Positions 56,028 to 64,000 of a DNA stretch of 64,000 bases are shown in pieces (position 1 is the first letter of the stretch; each line of letters opens with the position of its first letter). Position numbers and translations under genes: made by a program. Source of the DNA: Candidatus Nomurabacteria bacterium. GTDB lineage: Bacteria; Patescibacteriota; Minisyncoccia; Phycocordibacterales; UBA9973. The stretch is taken from positions 29,561 through 93,560 of the forward strand of contig CALRAE010000001.1 of NCBI GenBank assembly GCA_943350445.1, in the 5' to 3' direction. The notes beneath the pieces were generated by a model that did not search any database, was not told where the DNA came from, and saw nothing but the letters and a program-made list of their open reading frames with translations.

Positions 56028-57173
56028 ATGGATAATCCGTTAAAAAAATTCTTCTCTAGTTTTAGTAACTTAGGAGGCGGTGCTGATAGTAGCGCCGTTG
56101 GTGTTGATATAGGTTCTTCTGCGATTAAGATTGTCGAGATTAAGGTTAAGCGAGGGAGGGCAATACTTGAAACCTATGGAGCAATATCCCTTGGTCCCTA
56201 TGACGGCCTCGATTTTGGACGTGTTGCAAATCTTTCAGTTGAAAAAACAGCTGAAGCGCTAAAAGAAGTTATTAAACAATCTGGAGCCACCACTTCATCT
56301 CCGGCTTTTTCTATTCCCGTCCAATCAAGTTTAATTTTCACTATAGACTTACCAGCTTCTGTGAAAGAAAGTGAGCTGGCATCTATAGTACCAACAGAAG
56401 CTCGCAAATATATTCCAGTACCGATCACTGAGGTTTCACTGGACTACTTCATGTTGCCTCAGAAAGAGTCTTCTTTTGAAGAAATGAATAGTTCTTCAAA
56501 TAATAATAGCGCTAGTGTTCCACAAAAAAAGTTAGACAAGACAAATGTTCTTGTGGTCGCTACACAAAATGACGCTATATCTAAATACCGTGCAATCATT
56601 TCTCAATGTTCTCTCTCTGCTTCTTTTTTTGAGATTGAAATATTTTCTTCAATTAGGGCAAATTTTGAACATGAACTCTCTCCGGTCTTGCTCATGGATT
56701 TTGGTGCATCACGAACCAAGCTTTCTGTTGTCGAATTTGGCATGGTGAGGAGTTACCATACGATAGAGCGCGGAGGCGCCGAGATTTCGCAATCCATCTC
56801 TCAATCGTTAAGTATTCCTTTCTCTGAGGCAGAAAAAATGAAAAAGGAATTTGGCCTTTTCGATAACCCAGTAGAAAAAAGTCTAGCTGATATTATCAGA
56901 ATTCACACGGATTATATTTTCTCTGAGACAAACAACGCATTGGCAGAATATGAAAAGAGATATAATAGGGCAATAAGCAAGGTGATATTTACTGGCGGCG
57001 GGTCTCTCTTAAAGGGGCTCAAGGAAGTGGCAGCAAATAATTTTAGAGTAGAGATAGAAGTCGGTTTGCCGTTCTCTAAGGTTAATGCTCCTGCATTTCT
57101 CGAAAAAGTTCTCGAAACCATGGGTGCTGAGTTTGCTGTTGCGCTTGGTTTAGCACTCAGAAAACTAAAATAA
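56028..57173 (+). CDS. pilM: Type IV pilus assembly protein PilM
   Basis: GVDIGSSAIK, EARKYIP, DFGA, TGGG, VALGLA. Confidence 0.93.
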   Translation: MDNPLKKFFSSFSNLGGGADSSAVGVDIGSSAIKIVEIKVKRGRAILETYGAISLGPYDGLDFGRVANLSVEKTAEALKEVIKQSGATTSSPAFSIPVQSSLIFTIDLPASVKESELASIVPTEARKYIPVPITEVSLDYFMLPQKESSFEEMNSSSNNNSASVPQKKLDKTNVLVVATQNDAISKYRAIISQCSLSASFFEIEIFSSIRANFEHELSPVLLMDFGASRTKLSVVEFGMVRSYHTIERGGAEISQSISQSLSIPFSEAEKMKKEFGLFDNPVEKSLADIIRIHTDYIFSETNNALAEYEKRYNRAISKVIFTGGGSLLKGLKEVAANNFRVEIEVGLPFSKVNAPAFLEKVLETMGAEFAVALGLALRKLK

Positions 57174-57241
57174 GCTTTTCCTGCAGAGATTTTACGGTAT
57201 TTGGGGCTAAACGTCGTATGCTGGCCTTTCCAACGTCGGAG

Positions 57242-57250
57242 TTATACACA
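57242..57250 (+). promoter_or_regulatory. DnaA box upstream of pilN promoter
   Basis: TTATACACA, 29 nt before TATAAT (57280). Confidence 0.55.
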
Positions 57251-57293
57251 TTATGCTTTTGTTATCTATTGTTTTGTAATATAATAAGGTACA

Positions 57294-57890
57294 ATGGAGC
57301 AGAATTTTCAAACATCATTCATTCCCAAAAAACCTATGGTGGAAGAGCGCGTGGCTGTCGTGCGCTCCGTAAGCCTATTTTCGATTCTTAGTATTTTTAT
57401 TTTATTTACTGTTATCTTATCGACGGGTGGTCTTTATTTGTACAAAGATAATATTGCAAAAAATATTACTCAAAAAGAAAATGAGTTAAATTTAGCAAAG
57501 AATCGTTTTGAACCCTCTAAAATAAAAGAGCTTCAAGTTTTAGACAAAAGATTGCGAGCTTCAACAGAGATTTTATATAATCATGTGGCCATCACGCCCA
57601 TTTTTAAAGCATTACAGGCTATGACTATGAAGACTGTTCGTTATACTAAATTTGGCTATACTCTAGGAAATGAGAAAAGTGTAAAAGTTGTTATAAAGAT
57701 GAGTGGCTTGGCAGTCGGATACCGTTCTATTGCCTTACAGTCAGATCTTTTTGCAAAAGATAAGAACTTAATCGAGCCAATATTTTCCAACCTTACTCTT
57801 GATGAAAAAGGTAATGTTCTTTTCGAGTTAGAATTTTCGGTCGATCCATCATTTGTTAATTATAAGCAGACACTTTTAACACAAAATTAA
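57294..57890 (+). CDS. pilN: PilN-like protein
   Basis: TSFIPK motif, TM, coiled coil; position. Confidence 0.7.
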   Translation: MEQNFQTSFIPKKPMVEERVAVVRSVSLFSILSIFILFTVILSTGGLYLYKDNIAKNITQKENELNLAKNRFEPSKIKELQVLDKRLRASTEILYNHVAITPIFKALQAMTMKTVRYTKFGYTLGNEKSVKVVIKMSGLAVGYRSIALQSDLFAKDKNLIEPIFSNLTLDEKGNVLFELEFSVDPSFVNYKQTLLTQN

Positions 57891-57894
57891 TTTT

Positions 57895-58494
57895 ATGATG
57901 AGATTCGTAATACCGGCAATTTTAATAGGAATAAGCTTCACTCTTTTTTTTGTATTTACTAATCCAATGTACACCAGCGTCGGTTTACAGCAAGCCCAAC
58001 TCAGGTCTTACAATGAAGCTCTTGATAATTCTAAAAAGCTTGAGAATAAGCGTGATTTACTGACTGCTAAAGCAAATTCTATTGATCGCAATGACTTAAT
58101 GAACTTAGGCAAACTCTTACCTAATAACATTGACAATATACGTTTGATTCTTGAGATAGGGCAGATCGCTTTACCTTATGGTATGGTCTTAAAAGATGTT
58201 AAATATAGTTCAACTGACGTTGATACTTCAAAGCCTGCCGCCCTTGGTATTCAAGGAGGTGTTGTGGCCAAGACCCCAAGTAAGGAATACGGTATTTGGG
58301 ATCTAGAGTTTTCGACAGTGGGTAGTTATGATAATTTTCTTAATTTTACAAAAGATCTAGAGAATAATCTTCGCATTGTAGACATATCTTCTATTTCTTT
58401 CGCTTCAGATGTGAATAGTGGACCTTCGGCTGGTACTTCTGCCGCATCTTATACTTACAATTTCAAGATTAAAACTTATTGGCTGAAGAATTAA
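57895..58494 (+). CDS. pilO: PilO-like protein
   Basis: TM, coiled coil, LP, GSY..F..F...LE...R. Confidence 0.75.
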   Translation: MMRFVIPAILIGISFTLFFVFTNPMYTSVGLQQAQLRSYNEALDNSKKLENKRDLLTAKANSIDRNDLMNLGKLLPNNIDNIRLILEIGQIALPYGMVLKDVKYSSTDVDTSKPAALGIQGGVVAKTPSKEYGIWDLEFSTVGSYDNFLNFTKDLENNLRIVDISSISFASDVNSGPSAGTSAASYTYNFKIKTYWLKN

Positions 58495-58502
58495 AATAAA
58501 AA

Positions 58503-58892
58503 ATGTCAAAAATAAAGAACATAATAGTATTGGTTGTAGTTGGAGCAATTCTTGTTGCTGTCTATTTTTTATATATAAAGAAAGATCCTTCTGAATCAGC
58601 CAACTTAATCTCTTCTTCTTTAGATCCCACAGCCTCAAATGGTGTGGTGGGCGCTACTATTACTTCAATCAGTCAAGATTTCCTCACATTACTTTTAGGT
58701 GTTAAAGATATAAATTTAGTTGACTCAATTTTCGCTGATACTGCATTTACTAGCTTGGATGGTTCTCATAGTATTTTACTTACACCAGATGGAACTGAGG
58801 GTAGATTAAACCCTTTTGCGCCACTTGGAACTGATGCTACTGTTCCACCAATCACCCCTACAACATCACCACTAACACCTTCTACGAATTAA
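58503..58892 (+). CDS. Single-TM pilus-associated protein (PilP position)
   Basis: TM; GR.NPFAP motif. Confidence 0.6.
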   Translation: MSKIKNIIVLVVVGAILVAVYFLYIKKDPSESANLISSSLDPTASNGVVGATITSISQDFLTLLLGVKDINLVDSIFADTAFTSLDGSHSILLTPDGTEGRLNPFAPLGTDATVPPITPTTSPLTPSTN

Positions 58893-58899
58893 TTAAATT

Positions 58900-60639
58900 A
58901 TGAGTTTTTTAGAAGAGCTAGCTAAAGAAGGTACTATACAGAAAAGCCAAATAGGCGAAATAAAAAATCGTGCGGAAGAGAAGTTTAATGGTGATACTGA
59001 TCAAGCTTTGATTGAAGCTGGCATAGGTGAAGAAAAAATTCTCGAAATAAAAGGTAAATATCTAAAAATGCCCACAAAAAAAGTGGATATACAGCACATG
59101 TCTTTTGATGCTTTGAAGTACATATCAGAAGATTCAGCGACACATTATCATTTCGCTCCGATTCAATTAACTGATGGCGTGCTTGAAGTTGGAGTTACAA
59201 ATGGAGAAGATGTACAGGCGCTTGATGCTTTGCAATTTATTTCTGCCAAGCTCGGTGTACCATTTAAAATTTACCTTATTTCTAAAAGTGACTATTTGGG
59301 CATAATTGAGGCTTATAAAGGTCTTGGAAGTCAGGTGGATGAAGCACTTTCTGAGCTTGATCAAGATGGTGCGAAAGGTATCAGTGAAGAGAACCTAAGT
59401 AAAGAAATAAAAGAAGTAAAAGGAGGAGAAGAAGCAAAGATCGTCGAAGATGCACCAGTGATAAAGATTGTCGCTGTGATACTTCGTAATGCTCTAGAGG
59501 GTGGTGCTTCTGATATACACATAGAGTTTACTGGAGAAAAGGTGAAAGTACGTTTTCGTGTGGACGGTGTGTTGCATACTAGTATTGTGTTGCCATCAAA
59601 TATCTATAGCGGTATTGTGGCTCGTATAAAAATATTGGCAAAATTACGTCTTGATGAAAAGAGAAAGCCTCAAGATGGGAGTTTTAGTGCTAACATCGAT
59701 AGACGTAAGGTCGATTTTCGTGTCTCCACAATGCCCGCATATTATGGTGAGAAAATTGTCATGCGTATACTAGATGCCGAAAAAGGGGTTAAACCTTTAG
59801 ACCAACTAGGTCTTTCAGAGGTAAATCTGAATATGATCCGAGAAGCTATCAAGAGACCTTATGGACTTATTTTAATTACTGGTCCGACTGGTTCTGGAAA
59901 GTCTACGACTCTATACTCAATGATGAATGAGCTTGATAGGGAAAAAAGCAACATAGTTTCCTTGGAGGATCCAGTGGAATATCATATGCCCGACATCAAC
60001 CAGTCTCAGATGATGCCTGAGATAGGATATACTTTTGCTTCTGGCCTTCGCTCTATTCTTCGTCAGGATCCAGACATAATAATGGTGGGAGAGATACGTG
60101 ACAAGGAAACAGCTCAGCTCGCTATTCAGGCAGCCTTGACTGGACATCTTGTTATTTCTACACTTCACACTAATACCGCGATCGGTGCGGTTCCTCGTCT
60201 AGTAGATATGGGTGTTGATCCGTACTTGATTGCACCGACACTTATTTTGGCCGTTGCTCAACGTCTCGCGCGTATGACTTGTCCAAGTTCCAAAAAACTT
60301 GTGCCAATAGATGAAAGTATAAAAATGCAAATAGAAGAACAAATGAAAGATTTGCCTCCAGAATTTAAAAAAGAAATCGGGGCTAAAGGACAAATGTATG
60401 ATACTGTGCCATCAAGCGAATGTCCTTCTGGTACGCGTGGGCGCATCGCTATTTTCGAGATGTTTAAAATAGATAAGGAAATTCAGAATGTCATATTGAA
60501 AAGTCCAACCAATGGAGAAATATACAAAGTAGCCCGCAAGCATGGTATGCTAATGATGAAGGAAGATGCGATGCTTAAGTCGGTAGAGGGACTGATTCCT
60601 TTTTCAGAAATATATAATTTTAGTAACGAAAACGAATAA
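58900..60639 (+). CDS. pilB: Pilus assembly ATPase PilB/GspE
   Basis: ASDIHIE, GPTGSGKSTT, LRQDPD, HTN. Confidence 0.95.
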   Translation: MSFLEELAKEGTIQKSQIGEIKNRAEEKFNGDTDQALIEAGIGEEKILEIKGKYLKMPTKKVDIQHMSFDALKYISEDSATHYHFAPIQLTDGVLEVGVTNGEDVQALDALQFISAKLGVPFKIYLISKSDYLGIIEAYKGLGSQVDEALSELDQDGAKGISEENLSKEIKEVKGGEEAKIVEDAPVIKIVAVILRNALEGGASDIHIEFTGEKVKVRFRVDGVLHTSIVLPSNIYSGIVARIKILAKLRLDEKRKPQDGSFSANIDRRKVDFRVSTMPAYYGEKIVMRILDAEKGVKPLDQLGLSEVNLNMIREAIKRPYGLILITGPTGSGKSTTLYSMMNELDREKSNIVSLEDPVEYHMPDINQSQMMPEIGYTFASGLRSILRQDPDIIMVGEIRDKETAQLAIQAALTGHLVISTLHTNTAIGAVPRLVDMGVDPYLIAPTLILAVAQRLARMTCPSSKKLVPIDESIKMQIEEQMKDLPPEFKKEIGAKGQMYDTVPSSECPSGTRGRIAIFEMFKIDKEIQNVILKSPTNGEIYKVARKHGMLMMKEDAMLKSVEGLIPFSEIYNFSNENE

Positions 60640-60645
60640 ATTGAG

Positions 60646-60654
60646 TTATGCACA
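60646..60654 (+). promoter_or_regulatory. DnaA box upstream of RR-pilT-pilC promoter
   Basis: TTATGCACA, 29 nt before TATAAT (60684). Confidence 0.5.
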
Positions 60655-60719
60655 CAAGTGTTCAATTTTACATAGTTGTATAGTATAATAAAGTATTGCT
60701 TAAAAATTAATGAAAATAT

Positions 60720-61121
60720 ATGGAAGGTGAAAAAAGTAAAATTTTAATAGTTGATGACGACAGCTTTCTGTTGGATATGTATGCTCTAAAGTTTAGCCAG
60801 AACAATTTTGAAGTTCACACTGCAAATGGTGGCGTTCAAGCGATCGAGAAATTAAAAGGTGGCCTAGCTCCTGATATTATGTTGATGGACGTTATTATGC
60901 CGGAGATGGATGGTTTTGAGATGTTGCAAAAGATAAATTCTGAAAAATTGTCTCCAAATTCTATTAAAATTGTATTATCTAATAAAAGTCAGCAGTCTGA
61001 TATCGATGAAGGGAATAGATTAGGGGTGTCTGGTTACATAGTAAAGGCAAATTCCACTCCAGTGGAAGTTATAAATCAAGTGGTAAGTATTTTGAGCAAA
61101 AAAGGAGCAGCTCTAAAATAA
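60720..61121 (+). CDS. Single-domain response regulator
   Basis: VDDD, MDVIMPEMDG, K. Confidence 0.92.
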   Translation: MEGEKSKILIVDDDSFLLDMYALKFSQNNFEVHTANGGVQAIEKLKGGLAPDIMLMDVIMPEMDGFEMLQKINSEKLSPNSIKIVLSNKSQQSDIDEGNRLGVSGYIVKANSTPVEVINQVVSILSKKGAALK

Positions 61122-61125
61122 AATC

Positions 61126-62184
61126 ATGGATTATAAAGCAAAAATTGAAGAATTAATTCTGACCATAATTCGTGAGGGTGGGTCTGACCTGCATTTGGGA
61201 AGTGGTCGTGTGCCAGCTGTCCGTATAGCTGGAGAGTTGATATTTCTTGTAAAATATCCAGTTTTTACTAATGAAGATATGCTGGGAATGTTGAGTGAGG
61301 TGATGCCAAAGGTAAAAATCGAGCAATTTATGGAAACCCAAGAAGCTGATTTTTCTTTTGATTTCCATAATGATGCACGATTGCGCGGTAATGCTTTTTT
61401 TCAAAAAGGTCTGATATGTATTGTTTTTAGATTAGTACCAAAGGTAAAGACGATCGCAGAATTACATTTACCTCAAATTATCGCAGATCTTGCTCGTAAG
61501 AAACAAGGATTTTTTCTCGTGGTTGGTCCAGCCGGTCAAGGTAAGTCTACTACTTTGTCTGCCATGGTTGACTTGATCAATAATGAACAAGCTCGTAATA
61601 TTATAACTATAGAAGACCCTATCGAGCATATATATATACCAAACAAATCTATAATCAATCAGCGTGAAGTAGGTATAGATACCAAGGATTTCCACGTGGC
61701 CTTGAAGTCAGTCTTTCGTGAAGATGTGAATGTGATCATGGTGGGGGAGATGCGTACACCAGAGACTATTTCTACAGCAGTTACTGCAGCAGAGACAGGG
61801 CACCTTGTACTTTCTACTTTACATACCAACAACGCTTCTCAGACCATAGACAGAATCATTGATTCTTTTCCTGGCAATCAGCAAGATCAGATTCGCACCC
61901 AACTCGCAGCTTCACTTCTTGGTATCTTGTCTCAAAGATTGATTCCAAGGATTACAGGTGGACTTGTGCCTGCATATGAGCTTCTTTTGAACAATAATGC
62001 AGTGGCAAACTTGATTCGTGAAAAGCGTACACATGAGATAGATGTAGTAATAGAGACGGGGATGGAATCTGGGATGATAGATTTAAACCATTCACTTCTA
62101 GAGCTCGTACGTGCTGGAGAGATATCTATCGAGACGGCACATACATTTTCACTCAATCCAAAAGGTTTAGAGCGTATGATGTAA
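61126..62184 (+). CDS. pilT: Pilus retraction ATPase PilT
   Basis: SDLHL, GKSTT, EDPIE, AAETGHLV, ANLIRE. Confidence 0.95.
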   Translation: MDYKAKIEELILTIIREGGSDLHLGSGRVPAVRIAGELIFLVKYPVFTNEDMLGMLSEVMPKVKIEQFMETQEADFSFDFHNDARLRGNAFFQKGLICIVFRLVPKVKTIAELHLPQIIADLARKKQGFFLVVGPAGQGKSTTLSAMVDLINNEQARNIITIEDPIEHIYIPNKSIINQREVGIDTKDFHVALKSVFREDVNVIMVGEMRTPETISTAVTAAETGHLVLSTLHTNNASQTIDRIIDSFPGNQQDQIRTQLAASLLGILSQRLIPRITGGLVPAYELLLNNNAVANLIREKRTHEIDVVIETGMESGMIDLNHSLLELVRAGEISIETAHTFSLNPKGLERMM

Positions 62185-62190
62185 AAAAAT

Positions 62191-63399
62191 ATGCTATTTA
62201 AATATAAAGCAATAGATGTAGAAGGTGTAAATAAAGAAGGAGAAATAGACGCGCCCAGTAGAGATTCAGCCATAAGCGGTCTTCAAAGGAGGGGGCTCGT
62301 GATCATCTCTATCAATGAAGAAGGGGCCAAGAAGTCCGTTTTTGATGTTACTTTTTTTGAAAAAGTTTCCAATAAAGACGTTGTGATACTTTCTCGCCAG
62401 ATCGCGACCCTTTTCGAAGCCCAAGTCTCTGCTCTCAAGGCTTTTACAATGCTGGCATCCAATACGGAAAATAAACTTTTAGGTAGAAAGTTGACTACTA
62501 TCGGGGACGATCTCCAGGCTGGAGTTTCTATCTCTGGAGCTCTCGCCAAGCACCCAGATGTCTTTTCAGATTTCTATATAAACATGGTGAAAGTGGGTGA
62601 GGAGACTGGTAAACTCAATCAAACCTTCCTGCATTTGGCGGAATACTTAGACCGCCAATATGCCCTGACTTCTAAGACTAGAAATGCCCTCATTTATCCA
62701 GCTTTTGTTGTCGTGACTTTTTTTGTGGTTATGACTCTGATGTTTGTTGTAGTGATTCCAAAACTTTCTTCTATTATCTTAGACTCTGGTCAAGAAGTAC
62801 CCGTCTATACTAAAATAGTTATTGCCATTTCAGACCTTTTCGTTAATTATGGGTTCTTCATCTTGATTTTCTTGGTTTTGCTTGGTATTTGGGTTTGGAG
62901 GCTTTCTACTACTGACAAAGGCAAGCAATACCTTGATACGTTGAAGCTCTCTACGCCTGCAGTAGGTAATCTATATAAGAAGCTTTTCCTTTCTAGAATC
63001 ACAGACAATTTAAATACAATGCTTATTTCGGGTGTTCCTATCGTCAGGTCTATAGATATTACAGCTGAAGTCGTCGGTAGTCGTGTTTATAAAGAATTAT
63101 TGGCTGAAGTAGCTAATGGTGTAAAGTCTGGTCTTGCATTATCAGTCGCTTTTGCTAAACATGATAAATACATACCTGGAATCCTCATGCAAATGGTGCA
63201 GGTGGGTGAGGAGACGGGTTCACTCGGTTCTATTTTGAAAACTTTGACTGATTTCTATAAACGCGAGGTGGATGATGCGATAGACACGCTTGTGGGGCTC
63301 ATAGAGCCTGTGATGATTGTAGTGCTCGGTCTAGGTGTCGGTGTGCTTCTTGTGTCTGTACTTATGCCTATTTACAATCTTGCAGGGGGGATTAGCTAA
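62191..63399 (+). CDS. pilC: Pilus platform protein PilC/GspF
   Basis: GEETG twice, ALIYP, IEP. Confidence 0.95.
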   Translation: MLFKYKAIDVEGVNKEGEIDAPSRDSAISGLQRRGLVIISINEEGAKKSVFDVTFFEKVSNKDVVILSRQIATLFEAQVSALKAFTMLASNTENKLLGRKLTTIGDDLQAGVSISGALAKHPDVFSDFYINMVKVGEETGKLNQTFLHLAEYLDRQYALTSKTRNALIYPAFVVVTFFVVMTLMFVVVIPKLSSIILDSGQEVPVYTKIVIAISDLFVNYGFFILIFLVLLGIWVWRLSTTDKGKQYLDTLKLSTPAVGNLYKKLFLSRITDNLNTMLISGVPIVRSIDITAEVVGSRVYKELLAEVANGVKSGLALSVAFAKHDKYIPGILMQMVQVGEETGSLGSILKTLTDFYKREVDDAIDTLVGLIEPVMIVVLGLGVGVLLVSVLMPIYNLAGGIS

Positions 63400-63407
63400 A
63401 ATATGGG

Positions 63408-63416
63408 TGTGGATAA
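63408..63416 (-). promoter_or_regulatory. Perfect DnaA box upstream of pilin promoter
   Basis: TGTGGATAA = TTATCCACA on minus strand. Confidence 0.6.
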
Positions 63417-63546
63417 CTCTCTTGCACAAATGCCTTTTTGTATATGATATAATTTAGGTATTAAAAAATAAGTCGAAATTTCAGCCTTATCGGCTGACTC
63501 GCCGATTGGGTGAGATTATTAATTGTTGTTAAATAAAAAATATATT

Positions 63547-63918
63547 ATGAAGAAAATGAATTTTAAGAAAGGTTTTACATTGATCGAACTTTTGGTGGTT
63601 GTCGCTATTATCGGCATCTTGGCTTCAGTTGTGTTGGCTAGTTTGAATACAGCAAGAACAAAGGGTCAAGCTGCAGCTTTTAAGGCTGAGATGTCTAGCT
63701 TGCGTACAAATATAACTCTCCTTTGTGATGGTTGGACTACTGGAGCTACGCAACCTACATTTCCTGGAGGAAGTACTTTTGCTGCTCCTACTGGTGTTAT
63801 ATGTACTGGTAGTGGTGCAGGAACTGCCACTATTACACCCGCTACTGGTAAAGGAGGCGCTTGTACATCAGCAATTGTAAATGAAACTTCAGTCACACTT
63901 GCTCCTATCAATTGTTAG
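63547..63918 (+). CDS. Type IV pilin (probable major pilin)
   Basis: KGFTLIELLVVVAIIG; four Cys; own promoter and terminator. Confidence 0.92.
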   Translation: MKKMNFKKGFTLIELLVVVAIIGILASVVLASLNTARTKGQAAAFKAEMSSLRTNITLLCDGWTTGATQPTFPGGSTFAAPTGVICTGSGAGTATITPATGKGGACTSAIVNETSVTLAPINC

Positions 63919-63945
63919 TTAATTTGTGACTATTTTTGGGGAAAC

Positions 63946-63976
63946 AAAAACCACCCTTTGGGTGGTTTTTGTTTTT
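63946..63976 (+). terminator. Intrinsic terminator
   Basis: aaaaaccaccc-ttt-gggtggttttt. Confidence 0.85.
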
Positions 63977-64000
63977 AATGTTTGGTATAATAAACGGATT

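Noticed and set aside
57242-63416. Replication origin
   Set aside because: DnaA boxes are single and kilobases apart, with no dnaA/dnaN in the window

Overview
AT-rich bacterial chromosome segment in standard code 11. It looks like a Patescibacteria/CPR (Parcubacteria-type) genome (inference): no rpmD/L30 between S5 and L15, shortened L15/L24, archaeal-type PyrH, VirB4-like ATPase, several GFTLIELL pilins, few Shine-Dalgarno sites. Contents: thyA-folA; DEAD-box helicase; the str/S10/spc ribosomal protein cluster broken by accessory insertions; secY-adk-pyrH-map; ndk; infC-rpmI-rplT; smpB-ssrA; ftsH; recG; three tRNAs; a FIST/HK/RR module; a glycolipid-type operon; comF and a type IV pilus cluster. 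Most notable observations: (1) a GC-rich, 5'-truncated gene fragment with a Verrucomicrobia-like C-terminus joined at a palindrome between two tandem pilin cassettes; (2) a cassette at the fusA 3' end bracketed by a 40-bp synonymous-divergent duplication; (3) two copies of a covarying ~115-nt three-way-junction element; (4) rare tRNA-Ser(ACU) and tRNA-Ile(UAU); (5) a 6S-like RNA; (6) pervasive -10 box + 6 nt + ATG (leaderless) gene starts; (7) DnaA boxes at the pilus promoters; (8) short palindromic repeats inside folA and recG coding frames. All calls are by eye; no searches were run.
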